Below are positions 41,579 through 52,573 of a stretch of 64,000 nt of DNA, piece after piece. The notes below the pieces were generated by a model. The model did no database searches. It saw only the letters and a program-made list of their open reading frames with translations, and had not been told where the DNA came from. Where the stretch lies: assembly GCA_038231135.1 (NCBI GenBank), contig JBBRLX010000016.1:22751-86750 (forward strand), written 5' to 3'. Both the position numbers and the translations under genes were made by a program. The DNA is from Candidatus Eiseniibacteriota bacterium. Its GTDB lineage: Bacteria; Eisenbacteria; RBG-16-71-46. Within the stretch, counting starts at the first letter, position 1. Each line of letters starts with the position of its first letter.

Positions 41579-42307
41579 TCAGATCAGTTCGAGGTACTTG
41601 AGATCCAGGGGGCCGAATAATCCCCCGCCCTGCCCGCCGAACAGCTCGTTCCCCCGCCGCAGCGCCTCGGAGGGGACGTCGATTACGGGTAGATCCAGGT
41701 TCTCGACGGCCGCCACCTTGGAAGTCGTGGGCAGCGAATACCGCTCGCTGGCGAGATAGTCCTCGAACTCCTCCAGAGTCCACGCGTACAGCGCGTCGAC
41801 CTCCCATACCAGGTGCACTTCCTTGCCGCGGACCAGATCCGGCGGATCATCGGGCGGCGCGGGCTTGAGCGTGCCCACCGCGCAGCAGTCGCAGCCGAAC
41901 CAGAACTCGGGCGCGCCCTGCAGCACGAGATTCTGGGCGACGCGGGCCTCCGTGGGGGCATCCTTCCAGACATTGGACATCAGTTCGGCGAGCGCGAACT
42001 GGTAGCGCAGCAGCGCGCGCGGATCGTCGCTGGCGGCGCCCTTGACGCCAGTGGCGAGCACCCGCAGGTTGCGGATCGCCTCGAGCCGTACCCACGGCGA
42101 CCGGCGATTACAGAGCGACGTGAGCCCCTTGAGCGTACCGTCGAGGCGCTCGCGGGCGACGCTCAGGACGTCCGCGAACGTGCCCTCGCCCTTCTCGAGA
42201 AACTCGACCGTCCGGCGCATGCCCTGGTTGAGCGGCATGTAGGCGCTCCGGAGCGTGGCCCAGTCCTCCGTCAGCCGTTGCTTGGCGATCAGGTCCCAAT
42301 CCGCCAC
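41579..42307 (-). CDS. Hypothetical protein, 242 aa, with CDCC motif
   Basis: GAGGAG RBS, GC3-rich codons, no family recognised. Confidence 0.75.
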   Translation of the reverse strand: MADWDLIAKQRLTEDWATLRSAYMPLNQGMRRTVEFLEKGEGTFADVLSVARERLDGTLKGLTSLCNRRSPWVRLEAIRNLRVLATGVKGAASDDPRALLRYQFALAELMSNVWKDAPTEARVAQNLVLQGAPEFWFGCDCCAVGTLKPAPPDDPPDLVRGKEVHLVWEVDALYAWTLEEFEDYLASERYSLPTTSKVAAVENLDLPVIDVPSEALRRGNELFGGQGGGLFGPLDLKYLELI

Positions 42308-42449
42308 GTAAGTCTCCTCACCGGTTGGCCCGGTCGCATGTACAGGTGCTCAGGTTCGTGAACCAAGAGGGGAAGTATAGCGGCCGGTCGGAATGCGGCC
42401 AAACCCGGGTGCCCGCTCCCCTGCGGGATGGGCACCCGAGGTCTCTCGC

Positions 42450-44324
42450 TTATCGAGCGAGCACGATCCGGCGTGAGGCGCTGCGATCGCCAGCCGTGAC
42501 CCGCGCGAAATACACGCCGGCCGGGGTGCGCCGGCCGTCGGCGCCACGCCCGTTCCACCGCACCCAATGGTCTCCGGCCGGCACGTCACCGTCGAACAGC
42601 GTCGTCACACTCCTCCCGCCGATGTCGAGGATCTCGAGCCGCGCCCGCGAGGACTGCGCGAGCGAGAACCGGATCGATGTGGCGGTCGTGAACGGATTGG
42701 AGCCCGTGACCGCAAGTCGCAGCTGCGGACCCGCGCCGCGGGCCGCCGGAACCGCGGCCAGCGTGACCCCGACCGAGAACAGCGTCCCGTTGTTGATGGC
42801 GTAGACCCGGCCGTCGTGACCGATCACGGTCGGCGTGTATGCCTCGCCGATGCCGGGCGTCAGCACCACGCTCTCGCTCAGCGTGTTCGTAGCCAGATCC
42901 CAACGGTAGAGCACGCCGTCCTCGTTGCCCGCGTACACGCTGTTCGTGAACGGATCGACGGCCGAGGTGTTGATGCACCATTCCTTCACGGCGCCGGGGT
43001 GTGTCGCCGTGTACTCGGTGTCGGGGGTGACCGCGGCGACGGTGAGCACCTCCTTCATGACGGTGGCGCCGGTGCGGGGATCGACCTGCGTGGCGCGCGG
43101 ATCGAGCACCGCCAGCTTGTTGATGCCGTCGCCGCCCAGGTCCGCGTAGCTGTTGTACTTGGTCGTCAGCAGGTAGCTCGAAAGGCCGGTGTAGGACGGC
43201 ACCATCGACGCCGGCACCACCGACGGCGTGTCGTCCCACCCGAACGAGCCCGGCGCTCCGGACGACGCGAGATTCGCGTCGAACTGCAGCATCCAGCCGC
43301 GATTGCTCGCGGCGGGCGATTCGACCACGCCGAAGAACACCCGGCCGTCGGGGCCGACCGCGGGCGACGAGCTGCCGTCGTCGTACAGATTCGCGTTGTG
43401 TCCGCTCTTGGGATCCTTGAGCTGCACCTTGGCGCGCGTGGCGAGCGTCGTCGCGTCGAGCGCCACCAGGTAGCCCGTGGCATCGCCGATCTTCGAGCTC
43501 ATCACCACGTAGATCGTCTGTCCGTCGTTGCTCATCGCCGGAGCGCAGTTCATCAGCACCTGCGTCGAGCGCCCGGCCGACGCCGTGGACGCGGTGACGA
43601 ACGCGGCCGAGCCATCGGCGCCGATACGGGCGAGCCCGCTGTGGATCGCGAGCGGATTCGCACCCGCCGCGCGGAACCCGAAGAACACGTTGCCGGTGGA
43701 ATCCGACGTGAGCGGGGTGCAGATCCGGATGTCCGCGTTGTAGGCAGTAGGGTTCGCCTCGTAGGCGGCAGTACCGTAGAACGCGACCCGGACCGGCGCG
43801 GGCACCCCTGCGGTGTCGACGCCATCGAGCTGGAACACGGTCCCACCGGCGCCCGGCACCCACAGGCGGTTCGACGGCGCCAGCGCGATCCCGCAGCTCG
43901 GAATCCAGCCGTGGGCGGGCACCGTGAAGTCGGTGTCGAACTGCCACAGCTCGGACCCGGTGCCGCCGTTGCGCGCCTCGACCCGGAAGCCGTCGAGGGC
44001 GCCCGTCTTGACCGGGATCAGCACGGTGTTCGCCCCGGTCACGAGCGGCGAGCCGTAATGAATGAGCAGCGTGCCGCTCGACGAATAATGCGGGATCAGG
44101 TCGACCGAGGTCTGCCACGCCACGTGGTCGAGCGGCTGCGAGGCCACGCCCGAAACGGCGGTGTGGCGCGGGTCACCCCCGAAGCCGCTCCACGCGGGGG
44201 CTCCGGCCGCGCCGGCCGCTCGCGGCAGCCCCAGGAGCACGGCGCAGCACAACGTGGTTCGCAGCAGTCGCAGGGTGGCGGGCACGGCAGGCACAACGCG
44301 GCGGCAGCGGCGCGACAGGTCCAT
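42450..44324 (-). CDS. Secreted beta-propeller-like protein with FlgD/T9SS-like CTD
   Basis: Signal peptide, PQQ-like repeats, SNPF...WNGRGADGRRTPAGVYFARV. Confidence 0.85.
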   Translation of the reverse strand: MDLSRRCRRVVPAVPATLRLLRTTLCCAVLLGLPRAAGAAGAPAWSGFGGDPRHTAVSGVASQPLDHVAWQTSVDLIPHYSSSGTLLIHYGSPLVTGANTVLIPVKTGALDGFRVEARNGGTGSELWQFDTDFTVPAHGWIPSCGIALAPSNRLWVPGAGGTVFQLDGVDTAGVPAPVRVAFYGTAAYEANPTAYNADIRICTPLTSDSTGNVFFGFRAAGANPLAIHSGLARIGADGSAAFVTASTASAGRSTQVLMNCAPAMSNDGQTIYVVMSSKIGDATGYLVALDATTLATRAKVQLKDPKSGHNANLYDDGSSSPAVGPDGRVFFGVVESPAASNRGWMLQFDANLASSGAPGSFGWDDTPSVVPASMVPSYTGLSSYLLTTKYNSYADLGGDGINKLAVLDPRATQVDPRTGATVMKEVLTVAAVTPDTEYTATHPGAVKEWCINTSAVDPFTNSVYAGNEDGVLYRWDLATNTLSESVVLTPGIGEAYTPTVIGHDGRVYAINNGTLFSVGVTLAAVPAARGAGPQLRLAVTGSNPFTTATSIRFSLAQSSRARLEILDIGGRSVTTLFDGDVPAGDHWVRWNGRGADGRRTPAGVYFARVTAGDRSASRRIVLAR

Positions 44325-44512
44325 GGTCGAGGGTCTCCAGGCAGTGGGTTCCGCGGGGCTGCCATGATATCAGCCGTACCCGCTGCGGTGGATGGAATTC
44401 CGGCGTCGCGCCCCGGCTCCCTGGGGTTTGGTGAACGGCTTCGCGTGTTCGGTGGGACCGTACTTCGCGGGCCCTGGAGCGACCCTGCCGAGCCGGCCTG
44501 GTACCGGGCGCC

Positions 44513-45613
44513 CTACGCGACCGGCGTCGTCGCGCGGACCCCCGCGGCAAGCGCCGGGATCATGACCGTCACGCCGGCGTTCGCCGCCTGCGACTCGCGC
44601 GCGGCGTCGAGCGCGCTCTGCACCGCGACACCCTCGCGGAACGCCGGTTCCATCGGGACGCCGGCGGTGATCGCGCGGTGCAGCCGGTCGATGAGCACGC
44701 CGAACGGCGCCACCAGCGCGGGGTCGCCGGCGCGGGGCTCGAGCCGCAGCGGCTCGGGAATCACCAACTCCTCGGGATCCTTGCCCGGCACGATCCGCCA
44801 CAACTTGTAGCCGGTCTCGTCCCAGCGCAGCGTGGCGTCGGAGCCGTGGATCTCGAACCGTTCCCAGCGATACGGCACGGCGGCGGTCACGTCGACGATC
44901 GCCGTGGCCCCACCGTCGAACGTGTAGTGGAGCGTGAAGCTGTCGTCGGCGGTGGCGGTGCCGGCCAGATCGCCGATGCCGCGCCGGGGCTGGTCGACGC
45001 GCACGGACGCGAGCACGGTGCGCGGCTCGCCGAACACCGTGCGCAGGCAGTCGGTGTGGTGCGAGCCCAGCGCCCCCAGGATGCCGCCGCCCCGGGCACG
45101 GTCCGACAGCCACGTCATGCCGCGCGACTCGGGCCGCGCCCACAGCGGGTAGCGGCCGAGGATCTCGCCGCGCCGCGGCGTGCCGATGGCGCCCGAGCGC
45201 ACCAGCTCGAGGGCATGGCGCCGCGCCGGGAAGAACCGGAACTCGTGATTGATCGCCGCGACCCGCCCCAGCTCCACCGCGCGGTCGTGCATCTCGGCCG
45301 CCTGGAAGCGGTGGAGCGCCGTGGGCTTCTCGCACAGCACGTGGGCGCCGGCGTCGAGCGCGCCGAGCATCATGGGATGATGCAGGTCCACGGGCGTCGC
45401 GATGCTGACGACGTCCGGTTTGAGGTCTTCCAGCATGCGGCGCCAGTCCCCCATCCCTTGCGGGATGCCGAGGTCGGTCGCGATCTGCTGGGTCCGGGCC
45501 GCGTCGGAGCCCGCGATACCCACCAACTCGAACCCGGCGTGGCGCTGGAATGCCGGTGCCTGGACGTTGCGACCGAACGACGTGCCGATCAGCGCCACCC
45601 GCAACCGCGCCAT
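44513..45613 (-). CDS. Gfo/Idh/MocA oxidoreductase
   Basis: VALIGTSFG, HVLCEKP, GGGILGALGSH; GGAGGAG RBS. Confidence 0.92.
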   Translation of the reverse strand: MARLRVALIGTSFGRNVQAPAFQRHAGFELVGIAGSDAARTQQIATDLGIPQGMGDWRRMLEDLKPDVVSIATPVDLHHPMMLGALDAGAHVLCEKPTALHRFQAAEMHDRAVELGRVAAINHEFRFFPARRHALELVRSGAIGTPRRGEILGRYPLWARPESRGMTWLSDRARGGGILGALGSHHTDCLRTVFGEPRTVLASVRVDQPRRGIGDLAGTATADDSFTLHYTFDGGATAIVDVTAAVPYRWERFEIHGSDATLRWDETGYKLWRIVPGKDPEELVIPEPLRLEPRAGDPALVAPFGVLIDRLHRAITAGVPMEPAFREGVAVQSALDAARESQAANAGVTVMIPALAAGVRATTPVA

Positions 45614-45691
45614 GCGCTCCTCCCCCGTGACGGAACCTGCTATCCTCGCCGGTTCTTCCGACCGGATCCAAACTGCGACAAGGAGACCTTC

Positions 45692-46810
45692 ATGCGCGAC
45701 CCGCGCAACGTCAAGCTGGCACGGCTGATCGTGCAGCACTCCACCCAACTCAAGCCCGGCGAGGCCGTGATGATCGAGGCGTTCGATCTCGCGAACGGGC
45801 TGGTGCTCGACCTCGTGGACGCGGTGCACGCCGCGGACGCGATCCCGCTGGTGTTCCTGAGGTCGAACGCCGTGAACCGCTCGCTGATGGCCGGCGGCAC
45901 CGAGGCGTACTACAAGGTCCAGGCCGAGATCGAGCTGTTTCAGATGCAGAAGGTGCAGGCCTACGTCGGGCTGCGCGCCGCGAACAACGGCTCCGAATTG
46001 TCGGACGTGCCCGCCGACAAGATGGCGATGTATTCGAAACTGCTGGCGCGCCCCGTCCACCTGGACTACCGCGTGAACCACACCAAGTGGGTCGTGCTGC
46101 GGTATCCGAACGCCTCGATGGCGCAGAGCGCCAACATGAGCACCGAGCAGTTCGAGGAGTTCTTCTACCGCGTGTGCACGCTCGACTACGCCCGCATGGC
46201 CGACGCGATCGTGCCGCTGCGCGATCGCATGCTCGCCACCGACCAGGTGCGGCTCAAGGGCCCCGGGACCGATCTCGCGTTCAGCATCAAGGGCATCGGC
46301 GTGGTGCCGTGCGAAGGCCGTCGCAACCTCCCGGATGGCGAGTGCTTCACCGCCCCGGTGCGCGACTCGGTGAACGGCACGATCACCTACAACACGCAGT
46401 CGCTGTATCTCGGAACCACGTTCGACTCGCTGAGCTTCACGTTCGAGGGCGGCCGCATCGTGAAGGCGACCGGCACGCCGCAGGACCGGCTCGACGCGCT
46501 GCTCGACACCGACGATGGCGCCCGCCATATCGGCGAGTTCTCGCTCGGGTTCCATCCGTACATCCAGCAGCCGATGAAGGACACGCTGTTCGACGAGAAG
46601 ATCGCGGGCTCGCTGCACTTCACGCCCGGCCAGTCCTACACCACCGCCGACAACGGCAACCGCTCGCAGGTGCACTGGGACCTGGTCCTGATCCAGCGTC
46701 CCGAATACGGCGGCGGCGAGATCTGGTTCGACGGCGAGCTGGTGCGCAAGGACGGCCGGTTCGTGGTCCCGGCGCTCGCGGGACTCAATCCCGAACGGCT
46801 GGGGGCATAG
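45692..46810 (+). CDS. M29 aminopeptidase (AmpS/T family)
   Basis: NLPDGECFTAP, GEFSLG, LFDEKIAGSLH, SQVHWD. Confidence 0.93.
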   Translation: MRDPRNVKLARLIVQHSTQLKPGEAVMIEAFDLANGLVLDLVDAVHAADAIPLVFLRSNAVNRSLMAGGTEAYYKVQAEIELFQMQKVQAYVGLRAANNGSELSDVPADKMAMYSKLLARPVHLDYRVNHTKWVVLRYPNASMAQSANMSTEQFEEFFYRVCTLDYARMADAIVPLRDRMLATDQVRLKGPGTDLAFSIKGIGVVPCEGRRNLPDGECFTAPVRDSVNGTITYNTQSLYLGTTFDSLSFTFEGGRIVKATGTPQDRLDALLDTDDGARHIGEFSLGFHPYIQQPMKDTLFDEKIAGSLHFTPGQSYTTADNGNRSQVHWDLVLIQRPEYGGGEIWFDGELVRKDGRFVVPALAGLNPERLGA

Positions 46811-46826
46811 CCTCCGGGCGCTCGTC

Positions 46827-48821
46827 ATGATCCAGCTCCAGAACCTCCGGTATTCGATCGGCGACCGGGTGCTGTTCGACCACCTCGACTGGGTGATCGC
46901 GCCCGGCGACCGCATCGCGCTGGTCGGCCCGAACGGCGCGGGCAAGACCACGCTGATCCGCGTGCTGCTCGGCGAGTACACCGCCGAATCGGGCACGCGC
47001 ATGATGGCGCGCGGCACCCGCATCGGCTACCTGCCGCAGGAGGCCGCCGAGAAGTTCGACGGCACCGTGCTCGAGCGCGCGATGGAGGCGCACCGCAGCC
47101 TGCTCGCGATGCGCGAGGAGCTGGACGCGCTCCACCAGGGCCTGCAGGACATCTCGCCCGAAGACCCGCGGCTGGAGGCACTGCTCGAGCGCTCGGGCGA
47201 GCTGCAGCATCACCTCGATCTCCAGGACGAGCACCTGCTCGAGCCCGAGGCCCGGCGCGTGCTCGGCGGGCTCGGGTTCACTCCCGCCGATCAGGACCGG
47301 CCGCTCGCCGAGTTCTCGGGCGGCTGGCGCATGCGCGCGTCGCTCGCGGCGCTGCTGCTGACCGACCCTACGATCCTGTTCCTCGATGAACCCACGAACC
47401 ATCTCGACCTGCCGGCCATGGAGTGGCTCGAGGACTACCTCGCGGACTTCCGTGGCGGACTGGTGGTGGTGTCGCACGATCGCGTGTTCCTCGACCGCGT
47501 CGCGGACGAGGTGATGGAGCTGGACCGCGGCGAGCTCAGCCCGTACCCGATGAAGTTCACCGCCTACCTCGACGAGCGCGTGCACCGGCGCGAGCTGCTG
47601 GAGTCGAAGAACGAGCAGCTCGACCAGCGCATCGCCCAGCTGTCGCGGTTCGTGGAACGGTTCGGCGCCAAGAACACCAAGGCGTCGCAGGCGCGCAGCA
47701 AGAAGAAGATGATCGACCGCCTCAAGACCGAGCGCGTGATCCTGCCGCGACCGCCGCGGACGATCCGGTTCTCGTTCCCGCCGCCGCCCCACTCGGGCCG
47801 GCTGCTGGTGCAGATCAAGGACGGCGCGTTCGGCTACGGCGAGCGCGACATCTTCAGGCGCGCGCTGGTCGAGATCGAGAAGGGCGAGAAGGTGGCGATC
47901 GTGGGCGCGAACGGCGCCGGCAAGACCACGCTGCTGCGCGTGATCGCCGGCCAGCTCGCGCTGCGCGACGGCACCCGCGAAACCTGGCCGCACACCAGGC
48001 TCGCGTACTTCGCGCAGCACGCCGCCGAGACGTTGAACCCCACGCAGACCGTGCTGCAGGCGCTCGAGGACATCGCGTCCGACGACTGGCGCCCGCGGTT
48101 GCGGTCGCTGCTCGGCAACTTCCTGTTCACCGGCGACGACGTGTTCAAGGCGTGCCGCGTGCTGTCGGGCGGCGAGCGTCAGCGCGTGGCGCTCGCCCGC
48201 ATCCTGCTCGAGCCCGCGAACCTGATCCTGCTCGACGAGCCCACGCACCACCTGGACCTGGCCGGCAAGGAGGTGCTGGAGGAGGCGCTCGGCCAGTACC
48301 CCGGCGCCGTGGTGGTCGTCACCCACGACCGCTCGCTGATGGCGCGGCTCGCCACGCGGGTGATCGAGGTGAACGACGGCCGCGTGCTGCTCTACCCGGG
48401 CGGCTACGACGACTACGAGTCCACGCGGCTCGCGCGGCTCGATGGAGCGGGTGCGATGACGGGTGCCAGGCACACCGGATCACCGACGGGCGGCGGAGCC
48501 ACGGCGACCGCCACCGCGCCGGTCGCGTCTCCGCGGCGTGGCAAGGCCGCGAAGGCCAGTTCCACGCCTGCGCCCCAGGGCGCGCCTGCCGCGCAGCATG
48601 AGAGCAAGGCCGAGCGCTCCGCGCGCCAGTTGCGCGAAAAGGAGACGGCGCGCATCGAACAGGACATCGAGCGCCGCGAGAAGGAAATCAAGACCGTCGA
48701 GCTGGAGCTCGCGGACCCCGGCGTGTACGCCGACGCCGCACGCTCGAAGGAGCTGGTCGGCCGCTACGAGAAGCTGCGCGCCGAGACGGACGCGCTGTGG
48801 CAGAAGCTCGGGGATTTGTAG
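46827..48821 (+). CDS. ABC-F family ATPase
   Basis: Two NBDs (GPNGAGKTT/FSGGW, GANGAGKTT/LSGGE), no TM, C-terminal coiled coil. Confidence 0.95.
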   Translation: MIQLQNLRYSIGDRVLFDHLDWVIAPGDRIALVGPNGAGKTTLIRVLLGEYTAESGTRMMARGTRIGYLPQEAAEKFDGTVLERAMEAHRSLLAMREELDALHQGLQDISPEDPRLEALLERSGELQHHLDLQDEHLLEPEARRVLGGLGFTPADQDRPLAEFSGGWRMRASLAALLLTDPTILFLDEPTNHLDLPAMEWLEDYLADFRGGLVVVSHDRVFLDRVADEVMELDRGELSPYPMKFTAYLDERVHRRELLESKNEQLDQRIAQLSRFVERFGAKNTKASQARSKKKMIDRLKTERVILPRPPRTIRFSFPPPPHSGRLLVQIKDGAFGYGERDIFRRALVEIEKGEKVAIVGANGAGKTTLLRVIAGQLALRDGTRETWPHTRLAYFAQHAAETLNPTQTVLQALEDIASDDWRPRLRSLLGNFLFTGDDVFKACRVLSGGERQRVALARILLEPANLILLDEPTHHLDLAGKEVLEEALGQYPGAVVVVTHDRSLMARLATRVIEVNDGRVLLYPGGYDDYESTRLARLDGAGAMTGARHTGSPTGGGATATATAPVASPRRGKAAKASSTPAPQGAPAAQHESKAERSARQLREKETARIEQDIERREKEIKTVELELADPGVYADAARSKELVGRYEKLRAETDALWQKLGDL

Positions 48822-49136
48822 GAGCTGGGACGTTCGCGTGCTCCGGTCTGCCCAGATGCATCATCGGATCACGAATCATGTTCGTGATTTGGTCAAGCAG
48901 GCGGTCTGAATTGACTTGACGACCTGACGAGGCGGGTGACCGACGCCTCGCCGACCTCGTTCAAGTAGGCGCATGTCACGGTCCAGCCTGCGTGCGCCGG
49001 CCTCGATCGCCCTTCCGACGCGAGAATCGCGTTGCCCTTCCCGTTACGCGCTCCCACGAGATCCTCGAGCGCGAAATCAGGTGCCGTTAGAATTGCGCTG
49101 AAGAGCCCCCGCTCACCCAATTCTCGTGAGCGACCC

Positions 49137-50666
49137 ATGACCTGGTATTCGCTGATTCATCTCGCTGACGGTGAAATTGCTCGTGGACTGCCGGTGAAGT
49201 TCGCCCGGGTTTCTCGCAACGCGACCGAGGCGCTCGCCTGGCTGGCCGAATTCGATGCGCGCCGGCTGTACCTGCCGGCGGCGCATCCGTCGATGCACTC
49301 CTATTGCGTGCATGAGATGAACATGGAGCCGGAGCCCGCCTTCAAGCTCATCCGCGTGGCGCGCACGGTATGGAAATTTCCGGCCATATTCCCGGAGCTC
49401 GCTGCGGAGCATCTGCACCACAGCTCCGTGATCATCCTGGCGCCGCGTCTAACGTCCGAGAATGTCGACGAGCTATTGGCGGCCGCCAGGCACAAGACCA
49501 GGATCGAGATCGAACAGCTGCTGGCACAGCGATTCCCTGGCGTGACGTGCCAAGCAATGGCTACGTCGGTGGGCGCCGCCGAACAGGCCCCGGGGCCTGT
49601 TAAGTTGACATGTGCGCAACAGGCCCCGGGGCCTGTTGAGGCGTCCGGGCAACTCGCCCTGGTGGCGAACGACGAGTTGTTCGCTCAACAGGCTCCGGGG
49701 CCTGTTGAGATGTGTGCACGGCGCCAGCCTGGCCCACACGAATTGTGGCGCACGATCGGCGAGAGCAACTATGACAAGTTGCGGTACGCGCAGTCCCTGG
49801 CGAGCCACCGTACCGCCGGGCGGGACGTCGAGGAGCTCCTCGGACAGGCGCTAGATCTGCTCGTTCACGAACTCGAACGGCGTAAGTTCGGGGCGACCGA
49901 GCGGCCCCGCAGGAAGGCAACGCGCAGCGGCGCACGGACGGAATACGCGTACGAGAATCGCAGATACATTCCCAGACACGTGAAACGCTCCGTGTGGCAG
50001 CGGGATCACGGCCAATGCACGTTCACGAGCGACACCGGCAAGCGCTGCCCCGCGCGATCGCTTCTGGAATTCGACCACATCGATCCGGTGGCGCGTGGCG
50101 GCGAACCGACCGTGGCAGGGATGCGGCTGCGGTGCAGGTCCCACAATCAGTACACGGCGGAATGCGAGTTCGGCGTCGAGTTCATGAAGCGCAAGCGGGA
50201 ACTCGCCCGGGAGGCGACCGCGCAGAAACGTGCGCAGGCAGCCGCAGCCGGGGAACAGAAGCGGGCCGCCGCAGCCGAATCAAAGGCCCGGGCTACGAAT
50301 CCGGAATATGATGTGGTTCCCTGGCTGCGGCGGTTGGGCTTCCGCCTCGACGAGGCACGTCGTGCGGCGGTCCATAGCGAACCCCTGCGCGACGCCTCTC
50401 TCAAGGAGCGAGTGCGCGTGGCGCTGGCCTATCTGGGTTCCAATACAGGCGTGGCTTCCAGAAGAGCCAGCACGTCTTCGACGAACTTGCGTTCGTCTCC
50501 CTCTCCCAGCGGGTCGCACCAATTCGCGCGTGCGACACCCGCTGCGCCGAGCGACACTGCGACCAGCGCCGTCCCCTCCCGCGACGCGGACGCGGACGGG
50601 GCGCCAGGCACGAACACCAGCGCCGGCAGGATCACCACGAACACAGCGATGGCGCCGCCCATCTGA
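49137..50666 (+). CDS. HNH endonuclease (DUF222/13E12-like architecture), probable selfish element
   Basis: RYIPRHVKRSVWQRDHGQC...LEFDHIDPVARGG...LRCRSHN; atypical codons; tail after about 50440 looks like read-through. Confidence 0.85.
   Translation: MTWYSLIHLADGEIARGLPVKFARVSRNATEALAWLAEFDARRLYLPAAHPSMHSYCVHEMNMEPEPAFKLIRVARTVWKFPAIFPELAAEHLHHSSVIILAPRLTSENVDELLAAARHKTRIEIEQLLAQRFPGVTCQAMATSVGAAEQAPGPVKLTCAQQAPGPVEASGQLALVANDELFAQQAPGPVEMCARRQPGPHELWRTIGESNYDKLRYAQSLASHRTAGRDVEELLGQALDLLVHELERRKFGATERPRRKATRSGARTEYAYENRRYIPRHVKRSVWQRDHGQCTFTSDTGKRCPARSLLEFDHIDPVARGGEPTVAGMRLRCRSHNQYTAECEFGVEFMKRKRELAREATAQKRAQAAAAGEQKRAAAAESKARATNPEYDVVPWLRRLGFRLDEARRAAVHSEPLRDASLKERVRVALAYLGSNTGVASRRASTSSTNLRSSPSPSGSHQFARATPAAPSDTATSAVPSRDADADGAPGTNTSAGRITTNTAMAPPI
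49582..49709. repeat. Three palindromic repeats inside the HNH gene
   Basis: AACAGGC(C/T)CCGGGGCCTGTT at 49582, 49618, 49687. Confidence 0.9.
50429..50662 (-). CDS. Possible small membrane ORF or remnant antisense to the HNH tail
   Basis: MGGAIAVFVVILPALVFVPG..., GC3-rich, GGGAG upstream, follows gltA. Confidence 0.35.
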   Translation of the reverse strand: MGGAIAVFVVILPALVFVPGAPSASASREGTALVAVSLGAAGVARANWCDPLGEGDERKFVEDVLALLEATPVLEPR

Positions 50667-50687
50667 GCGATCGCTCCCAAATGCGGC

Positions 50688-51989
<1,302 letters not shown>

Positions 51990-52201
51990 GAGACATCTCC
52001 TGACGAGCGTGATGGCCGGGCGTACGAGCCGCCCGGAATCGGGGTGCGGGCCTGTGGCCGGGAACGAAGCGCCGCAATCCTGGTCGCAATCTGTGCGAGA
52101 CGAACGACTGAGGGATACCCCCATATGGCTGTGCCCTGCAAGTACGCCCGGGCGGGCTCGCGAGGAACTCCACGGCGCTGGCGGCTCCTGGGGCTACAAA
52201 G

Positions 52202-52482
52202 GTGGTATGCGAGCGGCTTCGAAGCACATACGGCCGGGCACCACGGTATGCCTCCGGGCGGGCAACCTGGGCCGTGCTGGCCGCGGGCATCGGGCTCGCG
52301 GGGGTGGTCCTGCCGGCGTTCGCGGCCTCCCACGGATTCGGCTCCCGAGCGGTCCCTATGCCGCAGGCGTGCAACACGTCCGACGGCAGCCCGGTGCCGG
52401 CGCGCCGCCTGGCGTGTATTTCGCGAGGCTGCGCGTCCGCGGCGAACAACTCGTCCGGCGCGTGGTCTTCCTCGCACGCTGA
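52202..52482 (+). pseudogene. Collapsed remnant of a secreted CTD-bearing protein
   Basis: Signal-like RATWAVLAAGIGLAGVVLPAFAA...SDGSPVPA in one frame, PGVYFARLRVRGEQLVRRVVFLAR* in another. Confidence 0.55.
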
Positions 52483-52573
52483 TACCTCGTCGCCGGGTCG
52501 GCTCCGGGCAACGAGCCGCCGGCGCCGCCCGTCGTTTGACGCCTGCCCTCACCGCCCGATACCGTGCGCCATC

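Noticed and set aside
48868..48888. LexA/SOS box before the HNH gene
   Set aside because: Sequence and spacing do not match GAAC-N4-GTTC; kept only as a palindrome
49582..49709. Palindromic repeats as a CRISPR array
   Set aside because: Irregular gaps (16 and 49 bp), inside a coding frame, no cas genes
50440..50666. C-terminal domain of the HNH protein
   Set aside because: Low-complexity read-through; the opposite strand has better codon bias
52202..52573. N-terminal extension of the BMC-T ORF (337 aa)
   Set aside because: BMC homology starts at 52574 behind its own promoter; the upstream part is a separate remnant
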